Assembly: GCF_018977255.1 (NCBI RefSeq)
Contig: NW_024704747.1
Coordinates: 27,962,001-28,026,000, forward strand
Direction: 5' to 3'
Source of the DNA: Callorhinchus milii
Taxonomy: Eukaryota
DNA: 64,000 nucleotides
Shown: piece by piece, positions 50,229-63,619 of the stretch
Position numbering within the stretch: the stretch's first letter is position 1
How the letters are laid out: each line of letters begins with the position of its first letter
Notes under the pieces: generated by a model
Databases searched by the model: none
Told to the model about the DNA's origin: nothing
The model's input: only the letters and a program-made list of their open reading frames with translations
Program-made: the position numbers and the translations under genes

Positions 50229-53039
50229 TATGCTGGTGTTATAGACTTAGTGGCTACTAAGTGCCGCTGCTTGCTTTTACTTTGTTTTAGCCAAAAGAGG
50301 AATGGAAAGTAATTCATAGAAAGAGAGAAATTATTCACCGGACTTTGCTCTTGGGTATAAAGTGACATTCAATCATTTAAGGGTGCGGGATCGTTCTCTT
50401 CAATTCTTTAATTTCCTGAATGAATTTAGATTTTGTTCTATTTATTATTTTTAAAATTTGACTCTTGTTACATTACCTAGCTGACATGTTTCATTTGGAT
50501 GAAGCTCAACAGATTCTGACTAGACATCTGTGTGGTCCAAGAACAGCACTTTGAGTTGATGTCAGACACGTAACTCAAGAAGAGGCACATTCTCAGACAT
50601 CCAAGTACATCCCTGCAGTAAAATGTAGGCAGTAACATTTGGTATATTTGTTTCAGCCAAGACTTCTATGCCAACCGTTCAGGAGAGGACAGGTTGTATG
50701 AATGCATAACATTGTATGAGATTTGCGGTTCATAAATGCGACTTGCACACTGTTTAATTTGGTAAAATGTGTATCACATCGTGAAAATGCACAGTGAAAT
50801 AGATTGGAATTACAGTGATTGTGTGCATTGTAATAATGATACTCCTTGCATTTCTTATAGCGGCTTATCACGTCGTTAAGATGTTACAAAGCGCTTCACA
50901 GAATATACTGTAAAGTGTATTTTGTGGGCTAAAAGCTGCAGCCGATATGATTCTCATGATGTTGCACTGTTAAAAAGACAAGACCGTTTGAATGGTTGGA
51001 GGGATGTGTGGGACCTTTCAGTATAATGTGGGGCAGGAATTGTGCAACAGTCCCCATGGCTACTGAACACAACTGCTTGCTTTTGCTTTGTTTTGCCAAA
51101 AGAGGAAGCATTAATAGAAGGAGCAAATTATTCACTGGAATTTGCAGCCTGTGTATTTTTCTGTTGCTGTGCTACAGTGTGAAGTCCCAGCAGGACTTTT
51201 AAAACGTTGGTCCCTTTAAACTCTTCAAACGTTGGACCCAGCTCACTCTGCCAACCTGAGTCAGCAGCTTTCATCAAGCAATGACTTCTGCCCCATGGCT
51301 AAAAGGCAGAAACTCTCCAAACATTCAGTGTCTAATCCATTTTACGTAAGATAATAACCCTTACATTTGATTCAGCACCTTATCATGTCGTCGAGACGTC
51401 TCAAAGCGCTTCGAAGAATAGATTGTAAAGTGAAATGACTGTATATTTTGTGGGTGAAATGTAGCAGTGAGGATTATTATTATTATTAGAATGAAGGAGA
51501 CACCTTTGCAGAATATTTCCACAGCAGATTAAGTAAATCGATTTGAATCCATCATATTGCACATGACCCGTGAAAGGAACCGGCTTGATAGCCTTCTGTC
51601 GTTCCTGCACCAGGTTTTCTTCCGTGTTTTTTGATTGAATGTTCCGATGTTTAATGGCTGCAGTGCCCGGGCCTTGACAGCTGGAATTTTTCTGCTTGCA
51701 AGCATTTAGAATTGTCTGGGTGGTAGTTGAGCTTAATTTGAGGCATGAGTTCTGTTTATGTACGATATGCCACCAATCAGGAAGAAAACGTTCCATTGCA
51801 ACTCTTACCAGATCAGTGCGTGTGAATGAAAAATTCACAGAGGGTAAGAAATATCAGGAGAATATTTCAGCAGCGTAAGAAGAGTATCTTATTCAAGTTC
51901 CATTCTACATTTGTGCTTTAAATTCATTCTTTGTACACACAGACTTTAACATTCCTGTTGCTCTTGTAAACAAGCAAGTGGAATGGTAGGAATGGGTAGA
52001 TGCCTCAGACGTCTGACAATGATTGCTCTGTGGATGAGCTGATAGAACATCATGCCTTTCAGCAGTTAGGTTCGACGCACATATTCTCCAATTATCTTTC
52101 CCTTCCTCTTCTTTCCGAGTCTTTCTGCAGTTTGGCGATGGGTTTGATGGGAGGTCATTCGGCTTTACGAGTGACGCTGGGAGTTCAATGTGCGGAGAAT
52201 TTCCAATTATGTTCCCGTCTAGTCACATTGGAAAACCATTCCATTAGCAGCATGCCATCCACCCCTCGGTAACCTCAGCTTGTTAAGGAAATAGCATTTC
52301 CGTTTTTGAATGTGGAGCACCATGTTCTCAAACACTCACACTTAATTATTGGCTGCAAAGTGACCATTATTTTACCTCACTGCAATATTTTTTTAGGGAG
52401 CACATTTCTAAATATCTATCACATCTCTCTCTCTAGGCAACTCCTTCCAAAATACCAATAGCTGCGGATAATATTGCACAAAGTCTTCAGAAGTATTGTG
52501 AGGTTGCTTTTGCTGAGCTTTGCAAATAACATCAAGGTACTTTCAGACATGGTCATTTTTTTGTGGATTTATTGGGTTTGAAACTACTCACCTGCCTTAA
52601 CGCACAGAATGTTTGTTTCAAAGATCAGTTGAGAGCACTCCAAGATCACTTGTGCGCACAACATGAGCAGAAACAAAAGATTCCTGCCGACTTTTGCAAG
52701 GTACCATTAAATGATTTATTCCACTGGCATAATCATTTCAAGTGGAAAAGACTAAATGTGTGTTTTTTTACTTATTAAAGAGGCAGGAGTGTGACAGACT
52801 CTTTAACTGATATTACAAATGCTCGATCCAGGCACTTTTAAGGTGTCAATTTTGTCAGGAACAGAATCAATTTGCGCTGTTTGCATTTATTCTCACATCT
52901 CCATTTAGCCCTTGAAACCCATCTAAAGTTGGTAAAAACACTTAAATGGGTGTCAGGAAGTTGGGCTGAAAACGTTTTACAGTTTGTGTCTATTATCATT
53001 TTTTAAAGCAATTTCGTATGGACTTCAGCTGCTTCGATA

Positions 53040-53190
53040 TTGGCTTTCAAAAGGGATGTGGATATGTACGGTACTTGAAAAGGAAAAATTTGCAGGGTTA
53101 CAGGATAAGGGCAGGGGATTGGCACCAGTTGGATGGCTCTTTCAATCAAAGCCGAATGGCCTCCTTCTGCGCTGTAAGATTCTATGAGTC
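53040..53190 (+). mobile_element. CR1 3' end; further remnants at about 1130-1200, 7550-7610, 8685-8930 and 27241-27394
   Basis: GCCGAATGGCCTCCTTCTGCGCTGTAAGATTCTATGA and related motifs. Confidence 0.75.
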
Positions 53191-53510
53191 TATAAAGTGA
53201 GAAGATTAAAAGACGGAAAGGAATTTGTATAGATCAGAAAACGGAAAAATAATGTGAACCTTAGCAAAAGCAGTGATAGGCTCTCCAGCTCTCTTTGCAC
53301 CACAGAGCAATTGCTGAAGCCAGCCAAGCTGTGCTCTGTCCAGGACTTACATCTGCTTAGGCAGTCCGTACTTGCTGACGCTAGTTAGCCTTTTTCATAC
53401 ACACACACACATATGCAAATGATTACAACAGCTGCCTCAGCTACCACAACCAGACCCATTCCCTCTCCTCATGCGTGGATAAACAGTGTTATGTCAACTT
53501 TGTCTGAGAT

Positions 53511-53600
53511 TAGGGTTGCCATGACATAGAAATTGTGCTTTCGGACTTTCGTCCGTCCTGAAGGTTTTTCAAGGCGTATTTTCGTCACAAGGATCATTTC
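53511..53600. mobile_element. Possible hAT-type DNA transposon terminus; similar ends at about 45192-45202 and 41311-41323
   Basis: TAGGGTTGCCA, TGGCAACCCTG and GTTGGCAACACT resemble hAT (Tip100/Blackjack-like) TIRs. No matched pair was established. Confidence 0.3.
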
Positions 53601-54149
53601 AGCTCGTTCAAGGACGCACACACTTCTTCGCCACTTGCCCGTGTTATAAGGAGACGTGGATGACAGACACCTTCAGAATTCTCCACGTCAGGGGAGTGTT
53701 GAGTCCTTTCCCTTTTCGCAAAGTGTCTTGCCCCAGTTTATGTGCTCTGCAGACAGAGAAAGAATATTTTACCAGGATTGTACATTGGAAATATTAATTG
53801 TAGATACCCATTTGATGCAGCAGGATAATGTAAGAGATTCACACTTTCCTTTGTCAGCTGTTGTTGAGTGGGTCAAGCCTTGGACTATTAAACCATGCTT
53901 TACCATCAGTGGAAAGTGCTTTCATATAATGCACTAAAAGTCAAATCCTAATAACTATAGACAAATGTCCCGGCTGCTGGTCATATCAAAAGTAATGCAT
54001 AATAATACAGCGATAATAATCCTTGCATATTGACTCAGTGGGAATAAAATCTGCTATCTTGGTCATTTGGTTTTGCTACTGGGACAAATTGGTTAAATCG
54101 GATATTTGGAATTCCTTTGCCTACAAATGGAACGACTCCCAAAATTAGA

Positions 54150-54850
54150 ACATTATGTTTTGACAATTCTTGAGCCTTTCAGTAAGCTGCAGCAGCCCAT
54201 GTTCATTGAGAAATTAGCCTCCTTTGGCATTTCTAGCAAGTGCCTGAACTGGTTCTGCAAATGTGTCAAAGAAAACAACTGTCGGGTCACAAATAAACAT
54301 TCAGTTTCTTATTACAACCCAAACAGGACACCCTCAAGGTTGTGATTTGCCTAGCCCTACCTTGCTTTTATTAGTGTCCAGGTAGATTTCATCGGAAATA
54401 ATGCACTACCCTATCCAGAATGATCAAGCCTCCCAACTGGTAGGTAAAAGCTAACTGAAACACCGTGGATAGCCAGAGACAGAATTGGTCAGAGCTTCAG
54501 TTGGAAAAAATGGTTTATTTTCTTGAGCAGCGATAAGACGATTTCAGTAACTCTCTAGAGAACGATCCATCAAGGTTTTTCATGCCCTCCCACCCCTTCC
54601 ACTGTATAGATTGTTGGCTGTCTTCAGCACCCACCAAACAGCATGGCTTTGTCATTCAATTTGATGTATGCTGACTGGGTCAGACAAGCAACAAAGCTCC
54701 TGCAAAGCTGTTTGAGAGAGGGAATCCTGTTCGCCACTATTGTCAACCTCAGTGTCCCAGAAAGCCTGAATGCATCCACCGCTGAAAATTTATAGCCCTG
54801 TTCAAGTACAGCCCAATGTGTTTCAGATCAGTGGCCTCATTGAGGGCCGT
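54150..54850 (+). mobile_element. Decayed non-LTR reverse transcriptase fragment
   Basis: FIEKLASFGISSKCLNWF...RVTN..S....TGHPQG..SPTL matches the KL..GI.G..L.W...GVPQGSVLSP region. It has several frameshifts. Confidence 0.6.
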
Positions 54851-55020
54851 TTACATCACGTAGATATGGATTCGCTCTTCACAACACACAGCTGTGGCAG
54901 TGAGGCAAGGATTATTACAGAAGCACCACTTTGAGTTCCGAGCGCTTGCTTTCTATACTGGTATTAAAGCACCTCTGTGTATGCCAGGAACATGAGAACT
55001 TCTGTTACGTTGTGTGTCAA

Positions 55021-55321
55021 ACAGTAGAACCAGAGGACACGGCCTGTGATTGGAGTGTGGGTAAATCCAAAACAAATCTGCGGAGACACCACTTCGGCGA
55101 GCGAGTCGTAAACGTATGGAACAGGCTCCCTCGGGAGACAGTGGAAGCAGAAAGGATCGATTGTTTCCGAAGCAGATTAGCTAGATTTCGTTATAGGAAA
55201 TAATATCTCGGGATAGGAACAGTATACAGTTTGGGACATGACACGTGCATGTGACTGCCAGGATGGTGGGAGGCAAACTGGATGGACTTTGGATCTTCTT
55301 TCGTATCGCAATTCTTATGTT
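55021..55321 (+). mobile_element. CR1 LINE 3' end
   Basis: Encodes SRTRGH and KSKTNLRRHHFGERVVNVWNRLPRETVEAERIDCFRSRL (CR1 ORF2 C-terminus). The 3'UTR ends in ATTCTTATGT. Confidence 0.9.
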
Positions 55322-57186
55322 AATCCGAAAAGGCTGCGCAGTGGTGGTGGAGCATTATACAGTTTCTGCTGCATGTGCATTTCTCTCGTAGATTGCGGTG
55401 GTGTTGCCTGGAACTCTGTGCCTGGTTTGCAGAAGTTCATGTCACGGTTAACCTGTTGCCACTGTTGGAGGAGAATAGGATGGGTTTTGAGAAACTGTAC
55501 TTGCTTTTTGATGCTTACGCTTGTTTGCTTTTGCACTGCCAGCGACTAAAATTAGACCAAAATAAGGCAACAGCTGTCTTTGTTATATTTTTCATTGGCC
55601 GCATCCTGTTATTCCACCGATAGGTAGACAACAAAAAAGATATCTGAAAGCATTGGGTTTAATTCTAAGGAGGTTTTATTTTCTGTGACTACAAAGTGCT
55701 CAGAAATATGTTACTAATATGTAAGATGTAATGACAATATTATTGTGATTTGCGCTGTGATTTGCATCTGCATTCCATCTCTTAAGTACTTGACCTCGCA
55801 GTCTCATTCCTAGACTTATTCAAGGCTTTCCTCATTTTATTTTGCTACAGACCAGCGTCCCTTGTGCATTTATGCCAATAGTTCAATCTTTCATATGCCA
55901 GTGGGAATGTCATGTTTAAGCAGCATACAATTATGACAATTTTAAGGGAAAAATATGGAATCCATATGCTTACCGCCTTGACTGAGCCCCCTGGATTATT
56001 TCCCTGCTGTCCTAGCTGTATCCCATTTACAAAGCTTTTTTTTAATTGATTATTACAGTGACATTTAGCAAGCTCACTCTTGGATCATCACTGGCTTGTT
56101 GTAAATTTATTATTGAATGCACTGTTCCCACTACTTCACACATGCCTCGTTGTAAGATCTCTAAGGGATTCTGGCAGCTATACAGATATCCTTATTGCCA
56201 CTACTCACTCATTCAGCTCACTGAGAAGCCTGACTGCACTGCGCACATGCATATATGATCCTAAAGCTATCCTAAAATCTACAGTCAGGTTTATGATACA
56301 CTTACGTGTCACCAAAGCTGATTGGAGATGATTAACGCAGCCCTTCATTTTCAGCACAATCTATTGGTTTAGCACAACCGAAAATAATGACATGCATTCA
56401 GAAACAATCATTTATTATTCATTTTTTTTTGCACATGACTCATTTATGAGTAAAACCAAAAAAGGGAAAGCCTGCATTAATACTACATCTACCTCACAAG
56501 ATAAGTTTAGTAATAGAAACTACTCTGGTACAGTATATAATTTTCATTCCGTAATTATAATCATAATCCTTGCATTTGATATAGCACCTTATTGTGTCTT
56601 TGAGATGTCTCAATCGCTTCACAGAATATTGTGTAAAGTGAATTGACTATAATATTTTATGGGAGAATTGAGCAGGTTATATACTTCAAAAGAATATTTT
56701 AGTTTGATCCAGGCAAGTAAAACAATCTTGATAATGAACAATACAATTACAATTCAATTTGCATTTATACAGTATCTGTCAAGTGGGGAGGACATCTCAA
56801 AGCACTTGACAAGTAACGTAATGTGGGGAGGGGGAAAATGACTGAAAGCGCAAAGAGATAAATGGATAGTATAACAGTAGTACTGTATAACAGAGCAGGA
56901 ATTAGCAGATGAACAGTGCCTGTCAGCCTGGTGTAAATACTATGGTTGATTTTCCTAATCCCCATCTCAGCTCCTAGCATCTGCACCATTTGGGAAAATT
57001 AGAGGATTAGCAGATACCCGGCGTGTTAATAAGGCAGGTGCCTGGGAGCTGTGACATCTGATAATAGGCTACAGCACATTAGTGACACACTCTGCAGAAT
57101 AGAGAAACCACTTGAAAATAGAGACCTATCTGATTTAACCGCTGAATTGATACTGACCCGAAATTAAATGCATTACTGTAGTGCAA

Positions 57187-57305
57187 TACCGTAAAACTCG
57201 CATAAGTCCTATCTTTATAAATCGTATGGTCGTCTTAAGTCGTACATGCACCCAAGCCCCATTCAGTTCAAAACCATTTAGATTTCTTTGCACGAGCCGT
57301 ATTAT
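57187..57305. mobile_element. Possible Tc1/mariner (pogo/Tc2-like) terminus cut by a SINE
   Basis: Begins TA-CCGTA and has repeated TAAGTCG/TAAATCG motifs with locally high CpG. Confidence 0.3.
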
Positions 57306-58850
57306 AAATTAGCTGCCACGTTTCGCCCACAAATTAAAGTTAATTCACTTTACAGTATATTCTGTGAAGCGCTTTGAGATGTCTCAAAGACGTGATAAGG
57401 TGCTATATCAAATGCAAGGTTTATTTGTTATTATTATTATCAATCATCTCCTAACTCATTATATCTCTATTTCGCAAATCAGTTCTTTTTACAGGTTTAC
57501 TGCATTGCGTTCAATATTCAACAGTGAATTGAGCACTAACTACAGCATTAGAAGATCAACACCAGTACACAATTAGTTCCAAATGAACTGAGATTTAAAA
57601 ATGAATTGATTTTTAAAAAAAAAGCACTTTGCTGCCTTTCAAAATTTGATAGAAAAAAATGACCTCTTACAGTTTTGTGCCACAGATGCGGTCTGGAGAG
57701 CAGCGCTATTTTCCTCCCATGTGAGCTCTAAGAGTCTCAGCACAAGTCTCCCCTAATTCAGCACATCTATTGCTTTTTCACTTCTTGACCACACAAGACA
57801 ATAACAATCCTGATTGGACCTCACACATCTTCCGGTCTCTGCAACTCACATGCATTAACACTGACTTGTATCCCTCCCTTTCAAGGCTTTGATTTACCCA
57901 GCCATTGACTTCCACTTTCTCCGGTCCTTGAATGTCTAATAGACCTAGTTATTGCCTGCATTAGGCTCAAGCTTTGCACACAACTTGTACTTTCTAGCAG
58001 TGTTCCTAGGTTATCAATCGGAAGCAGGTTCCCCGGTTGATGTTCCCATCCTTACCTCATGTTTTATTCTTCATAGGTTACTCTCTGCTGAGCTTGTTTC
58101 TCTACTAGTCGCTTACTAGTCTGTACTTCCTGGTTTATGGAAAATATAACATGATACAAGACTAAGCATACTTTCTAATGGCTAGAAGATTTTATTGTTT
58201 CTTTAAGGTGTGGGAGTAGAAAGACAGTGTCACACTTCATGTTATTGTCATTTAGATTTGTAACTGAATGCATACTTATTGTTCTTCCTAATTTTTCTCT
58301 CATTTTGAACCTTGAAGCCAGTCTCAAATCAAACCTGATCTTCAGTTTAAGCTGATTCAAGGCTTTACGTTTCCACAGGACATTTCCAAAACTACTGAGG
58401 GATATGATCTGTATCCTTGTTGTCTTCTCAATGTGCATAATATCAGTGTCTGAAACTATTTTCAACGTGATGAGATGGGCACAGCATTTAACATTGAAAG
58501 GCTGAAGGAACCCTTCAAGACAAGTTTGTTTTGCTCAATTCACAACCTTCATCCAACGAGATGAATCCCTGGGAGCTGTTTTCCTGAACAGAATCTAAAT
58601 TGAAGGCCATGTATTTCGTGTCTGAGAACGATTTGTCTAACAGATGACAGGACTTAACTGATATAACATAGGTGAGCAAGGTGTGCCTTGTACTGTCCTT
58701 GTTTGCCTAGCTTGCAAGAGTATCTATACTTCTGTATCTAGCTTCACCTGACACCTGGCAATTTCATGCAAGCTCTTAGTAAAAGGTCTTAGCATTTGAA
58801 GTAACTAAGCAGGTTTGAATGAATAAATCTAAATAATCGTTGCACTTGAA

Positions 58851-59295
58851 ATAATAATGATAATAATCCTTGCATTTGATAAAGTGCCTTATCACATCAA
58901 TGGGACGTCTCAAAGCCCTTCATAGAATATAATAATAATAATAATAATAATAATCCTTGCATTTGATATAGCGCTTTTCACGTCTTCTAAACGTCCCAAA
59001 GCGCTTCACAGAATATCCTGTAAAGTGAATTGACTGTATATTTGTGGGCGAACGCGGCAGCCAATTGCGCACAGCAATGTCCCACAAACAGTCGTGGATT
59101 AAGTGACCAAATTATTATTAATATTTACTTTTGAAGGGATTATTACCCCTAGAAAATGATCGCCAATTGACTAAAAATCAGGTTCTTACTTACTGCCAGG
59201 TAAACAGGCATGTGGAGTAAGGAAACTTGCCCAAGGTTTCACCCCGCCCAGGTCCTCTTGCTTGCGAGGCGAGTATCCTAACCAATACAGAACTC
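58851..59295 (-). mobile_element. Tandem SINEs: truncated tail (58851-58928) plus near full-length copy (58929-59295)
   Basis: Two consecutive AATAATCCTTGCATTTGATA tails. The second continues through the body into a partly deleted head. Confidence 0.9.
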
Positions 59296-62200
59296 CATTA
59301 TCACAAACATTCGGTATCATTTTAACCACATCATGTTTGTGCTTAATGACATCTCAGACCACAAAATAGCTGCTCTGGAGACAGCTTGACCCCTAAACGA
59401 TACACAAATCTTGTGATTATTATCTAGTATTTTCCAGTTTTGTGTTAAGAACTCGTCAGACTTTAGTACAGTGTGTCCCAGAATTTCCTGCCAGCAATTT
59501 GGGTGTGTTGCCTTTTGAGACACTTGCAAAATATTACACCGAAAGATGCAAGATAACATTTAACTATAGCATTTTGAAATCCAATTATAGAATAGCTTTT
59601 CACTACGATAACAGGTTTAATGTCTAAAGTCTGAAATAAAGTAATTCTAAATTAGCTATGCCTTCCATGGTGACGTTTCACCGTTGGTACACTGGTAAAA
59701 TCCACTTGGCTTGACAAGATTTCCATTGAATTGAGTTGGAGAGTTTGTCTCAGTGGTCCTGGTTTAGGGAGGGGACATGTTAGTCAGGTTCCCCACTGCT
59801 GGTCGCTAAATGATATATATGTGGATGTCAGTCAGGACAAGATAGGGTTCAGTTGTGACTCCTTCACAAATAACTGCCCAATGCTCACTGCTTGTGACTC
59901 ACACATGCATAAGGGTGTGGAACATTTAATGCTCATCGACCCATACTGCCAGTAAAGGATAAATGAATCCAACGTCTTCAAGAGAAGTGGGAGGAGGGAA
60001 GAAAATTGGAAAAGAAAAATGTACATTTTTTATGTAGAAATAGCCAACTATATGAAAGTATGTTATCCCATAATGAAAGTGCATTGAACGTGAATGTTAA
60101 AATCATCTGCAATATTCCATTAGGTCAGTTTTCCTTTTGTTTGAGAGTTACGCCTGAGTGTTCAGTAAGTGAAGCATCCTCTGTTTTTCTTGCCTTTAAA
60201 GAAACCTAGACTTTGGCAAGTCTCAGGAAATTACGAAGGAAACCAGTAATCTGAGAACGAAGCAGAGCACTGGGTCTCTGAAAACAGGCAGTTTAAGACT
60301 GGAAGGTTCTCCAACAGCTGGGGAAAGGAAGATTGCCATTTTTTTTTCGGATTTTGTAAAACAATAGTCCGACTGTTTTTTTTGCACATAATTCTTGGAA
60401 CCCTGTGAGTAATGGAACATGAGGGTGTGTGGAGGTGGGGGGGGGGAAAGCTATCACATGCTGGTTCAGAATGCCAGGCCCAGTGACCAGTGGGTGGGTG
60501 AGTACGGTTGGAAATACTCCTGAGAGTAAATCAGTTGACGCAAGACATTTAGTAAGAGAGCGATAGTGCGGTCCTAATAAAAATAAATTGCGCACTTGCC
60601 AGGAGATTTTTTAAATTATCAAATCAGCAAAAACCTTTGGTGTAGGACTTAAAACTTTTTTTCCTCTCTCTCTCTCTCTGTTACATGTTTTGCATTTCCT
60701 CCCTGGTCCCTGGTTTATAGTGAGTACAGTAATAGCACTTGGCATCTGTACAGTACGCTTTTTTCTCAGAGAGAACTAACTGAATGCCTGTTAAAGAAAC
60801 TGCACTTCAGCCTGTTTGAAATGCATTTATATTATTCTCGAACCCCACTTCTCCGTGTGTGACTCCGAAGCAAAGAGAAATCGTTTTTATTTTAGCACCT
60901 CTAAACGTTTTAATCACCTGAAATCATCTCTTCATCCTAATCTTGCAGTCTCATTCCTTCCAGGGTAAAATTGTCATTTTTGGCTCAGCAGCCTTCAATA
61001 TAATTAGAAAGATTCTGTCTGAAGTCAGTTCAGTGGATAGAACAAAGATACATAAGGACTGTACCACGGTCAAAAAAGTGGTCCAATAAATTAATTGTCT
61101 CAGTTCTTTTGAGAGACACTTAAGACTTTCACCATCATAACCTTAAACAATTTCAATAGTAAATATTTCTTAGCACAGTGTTGCTCTACAGTTCCCTCAT
61201 TTTGTTTGCACTTTATTGTCCTACCACACCCTAGTGATAATTTGTGATTTCATAATAATCTTTCTGAAGTGTATGCAAGAAAACAATTTCTTTGGAAATT
61301 TCATATTCCGCTAAAATTGACGGAAAGACTTTCACAATTTAATGGCGCAGGTAAAACAGGATTTAGTTTCTCACCTCCTCCTCAGCTTGTTATTACTGTT
61401 TGCACTGCATTATTGTGGATCGCTCTGTATGCACATAGCGACATCCCGAGGAATCCCTAGCTCTTGTTTTCCTGTTTCCAGTAGAGTATATCTTGGGGTG
61501 ACAATGCATGTAAGTCTTTCTATTCAGACTTGGATTTTTTGGAACTTTCCACATGCGGTGGATTCATTACAGCTGCTTTCAAACAAAATTTTCTACACGT
61601 GGGCACCTTGCATACCAAGACATACAGCCCTGGTGAGCCGTATAGAATTGAATACTTGTGCTATTGAGGGCTATTCCAAGGTACATTTCGAGACGGGGGT
61701 GTGTAACTGAATTTCATAGTGTGTAGACTAATGGCTCATTTTCCACCTGATGGATACTCTATCCATTTTTGCGTCCAAAGTAATGTCCACACACACAACA
61801 CACACACACATCTGCACTAGCCTCCCCCTCTGCCCAACCTCCGTGGCTGGTAAGGCAATATTGTGGTAAATCAGGGGTGAGATGCAGTACAAAATTCTGT
61901 TGGCCCCGATACCAACATTGTGTAGAGTCTCTTGGGAACACCACCTCTCGCCTGGATCAGTTCAATCTCACTTTTGCCATCCTGCCAAGGCAATGGGCTT
62001 CCAAAATTAGTAACTTATTTCATCGCTTCTTTTTTTTTGGACTTACCAGATCCAGTAAGTCTTCGCTGCATTCGAAAGCCTCCGGGAATATGTTTATATT
62101 GGTTCAGAATGTGCAGGGCAGCACAATACCTCTCTGTGTTATGTGGAATTTTTATAAACCCTTGGAGGACACTGGTCCCATTTCAGCACCGAAATCAAAA

Positions 62201-63563
62201 ATATAACCAGATGTTTTGAAAAAGGCTTGTTCCAAGTAATACTGCGGATTGCACAATGTTCTTTGTTTCTTTCTATTTCTTACTTTTACATCTTAACATT
62301 CGCCACTGGAAATTTACAGAGGGGTGCCTTTGTGCTCGGAAAAGGGGGAATGATGCCAATAGCGGAGAGTGGAATACTTTTCTCACTTTTATTGTGGGAA
62401 CAACCTGAGCACAAATTCCTCGAAAAACTTAGTGACCACTTAAATGCCAAGAGCTCCTGATTTAACTTATATGTGGGAAATAAAACTCCCTCTTACTTCG
62501 CTCCCAAAATGTACCTCAACCTGCAACCCAGAATAGATAGCCCTCATTTCCACTGAACAAATGTAATTACCATCACATCCATGCGTTTGCCTCTCTAACT
62601 GAGATTCCCAATTGCCAATTGCAAGGTAATAATAATTATATTAATAATTGTAATATAATCATAATTATTATTATTACAGGTTGTTTTAATAATAATCCTT
62701 GCATTTGATACAGCGCTTTATCACGTCTTCGCGACGTCTCAAAGCGCTTCACAGAATATACTGTAAAGTGAATTGACTGTATATTTTGGGGGCGAAATGA
62801 ATTGTAAGCATTTTTTGAGCTTTGGGTTCACACCCACCCACTGGGAACTGAGATGAAAGATTGCGGGAGAAGGTGCAAAGGGGAGCAGAAGAAGAGAAAA
62901 AACAAAGGCACTGGGAGGAATGAACACATTGGTATTATTTGTAACTCAGTTAGTCAAGCTGTTAGGTAACACCAAAGGTGGCCTTGCAATCTTAAGAATC
63001 AAGCCTTCAAATTTTGCCCCCATTGTTTTGCTAACCAGAATTTTGTTATAAATATATATATAGTACATAAAAACATTATATATGTGAAACTCACACTACC
63101 CCAAACATGCTCAATCACCTCCTGCTAAAATACAAGCAGTATAAAGAGGAAAACTGCTTTAGTACAGTGTCATTGCCAAAAATCATCCCTTTTTGCGCAC
63201 AACAGAAAAGTCTTCTGAGGACATTTTGACTATTTTCTGAAGTATTTTCACAAGTGTCGCTGCCTGCGTTTGGCACTTTGACAGACGACACCCATTTGGT
63301 ATTCGCAGGGTTAATCCTCCATGTTATTCTCAGACTGCCATGGCAGGTCACTGACCCGCTCTTGAACCAGTCAGCGGAAAGGTCAATGAGATCAGCCGGA
63401 TTTACTTGTCTTCAGTTTCTATTTTTGTTAAGGGTCTTCCCTCCCCATCCCTGTGCCTCTGCCTGATTGCCTGGCTAACACCAGGAATTTTGAGGAGCAA
63501 ACGTAAAAATAATTCCATGTCCTAACTACTCTGTGCTGCCGGCTTTGATGTTCTTCACAAAAG

Positions 63564-63619
63564 GCAAAACACTGCAGATGCTGGAAATCTGAAATGAAAC
63601 CACTGGGAACACTCAGCAG
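63564..63619 (-). mobile_element. Third fragment of the same short element (no ribozyme core)
   Basis: GCAAAACACTGCAGATGCTGGAAATCTGAAAT..CTGGGAACACTCAGCAG overlaps the 42890-42910 sequence. Confidence 0.55.

Larger units (their letters stand above)
16421..62797. mobile_element. Dispersed truncated copies of the same SINE in intron 1 (summary span)
   Basis: Plus-strand copies start at about 16421, 19233, 25160, 25640, 26625, 33395, 34588, 40983, 48758 and 57305. Minus-strand copies start at about 23175, 29185, 31461, 33580, 36121, 37085 (head only), 38745, 43735 (double tail), 47788, 50832, 51350, 56553 and 62688. Confidence 0.85.

Noticed and set aside
59431-59460. Minus-strand CTGACGA...GAAA as a hammerhead
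   Set aside because: Stem II does not close next to GAAA and there is no stem I or III. It is probably chance.
640-62797. Recurring ~110-bp sequence as a CRISPR-like array
   Set aside because: The copies are irregularly spaced, on both strands, diverged and carry (ATT)n tails. They are ordinary SINE insertions.
16421-62797. Antisense excess of young SINE copies in the intron (roughly 19 versus 11 by eye)
   Set aside because: The skew is too weak for this sample size, and a similar skew occurs upstream of the gene.
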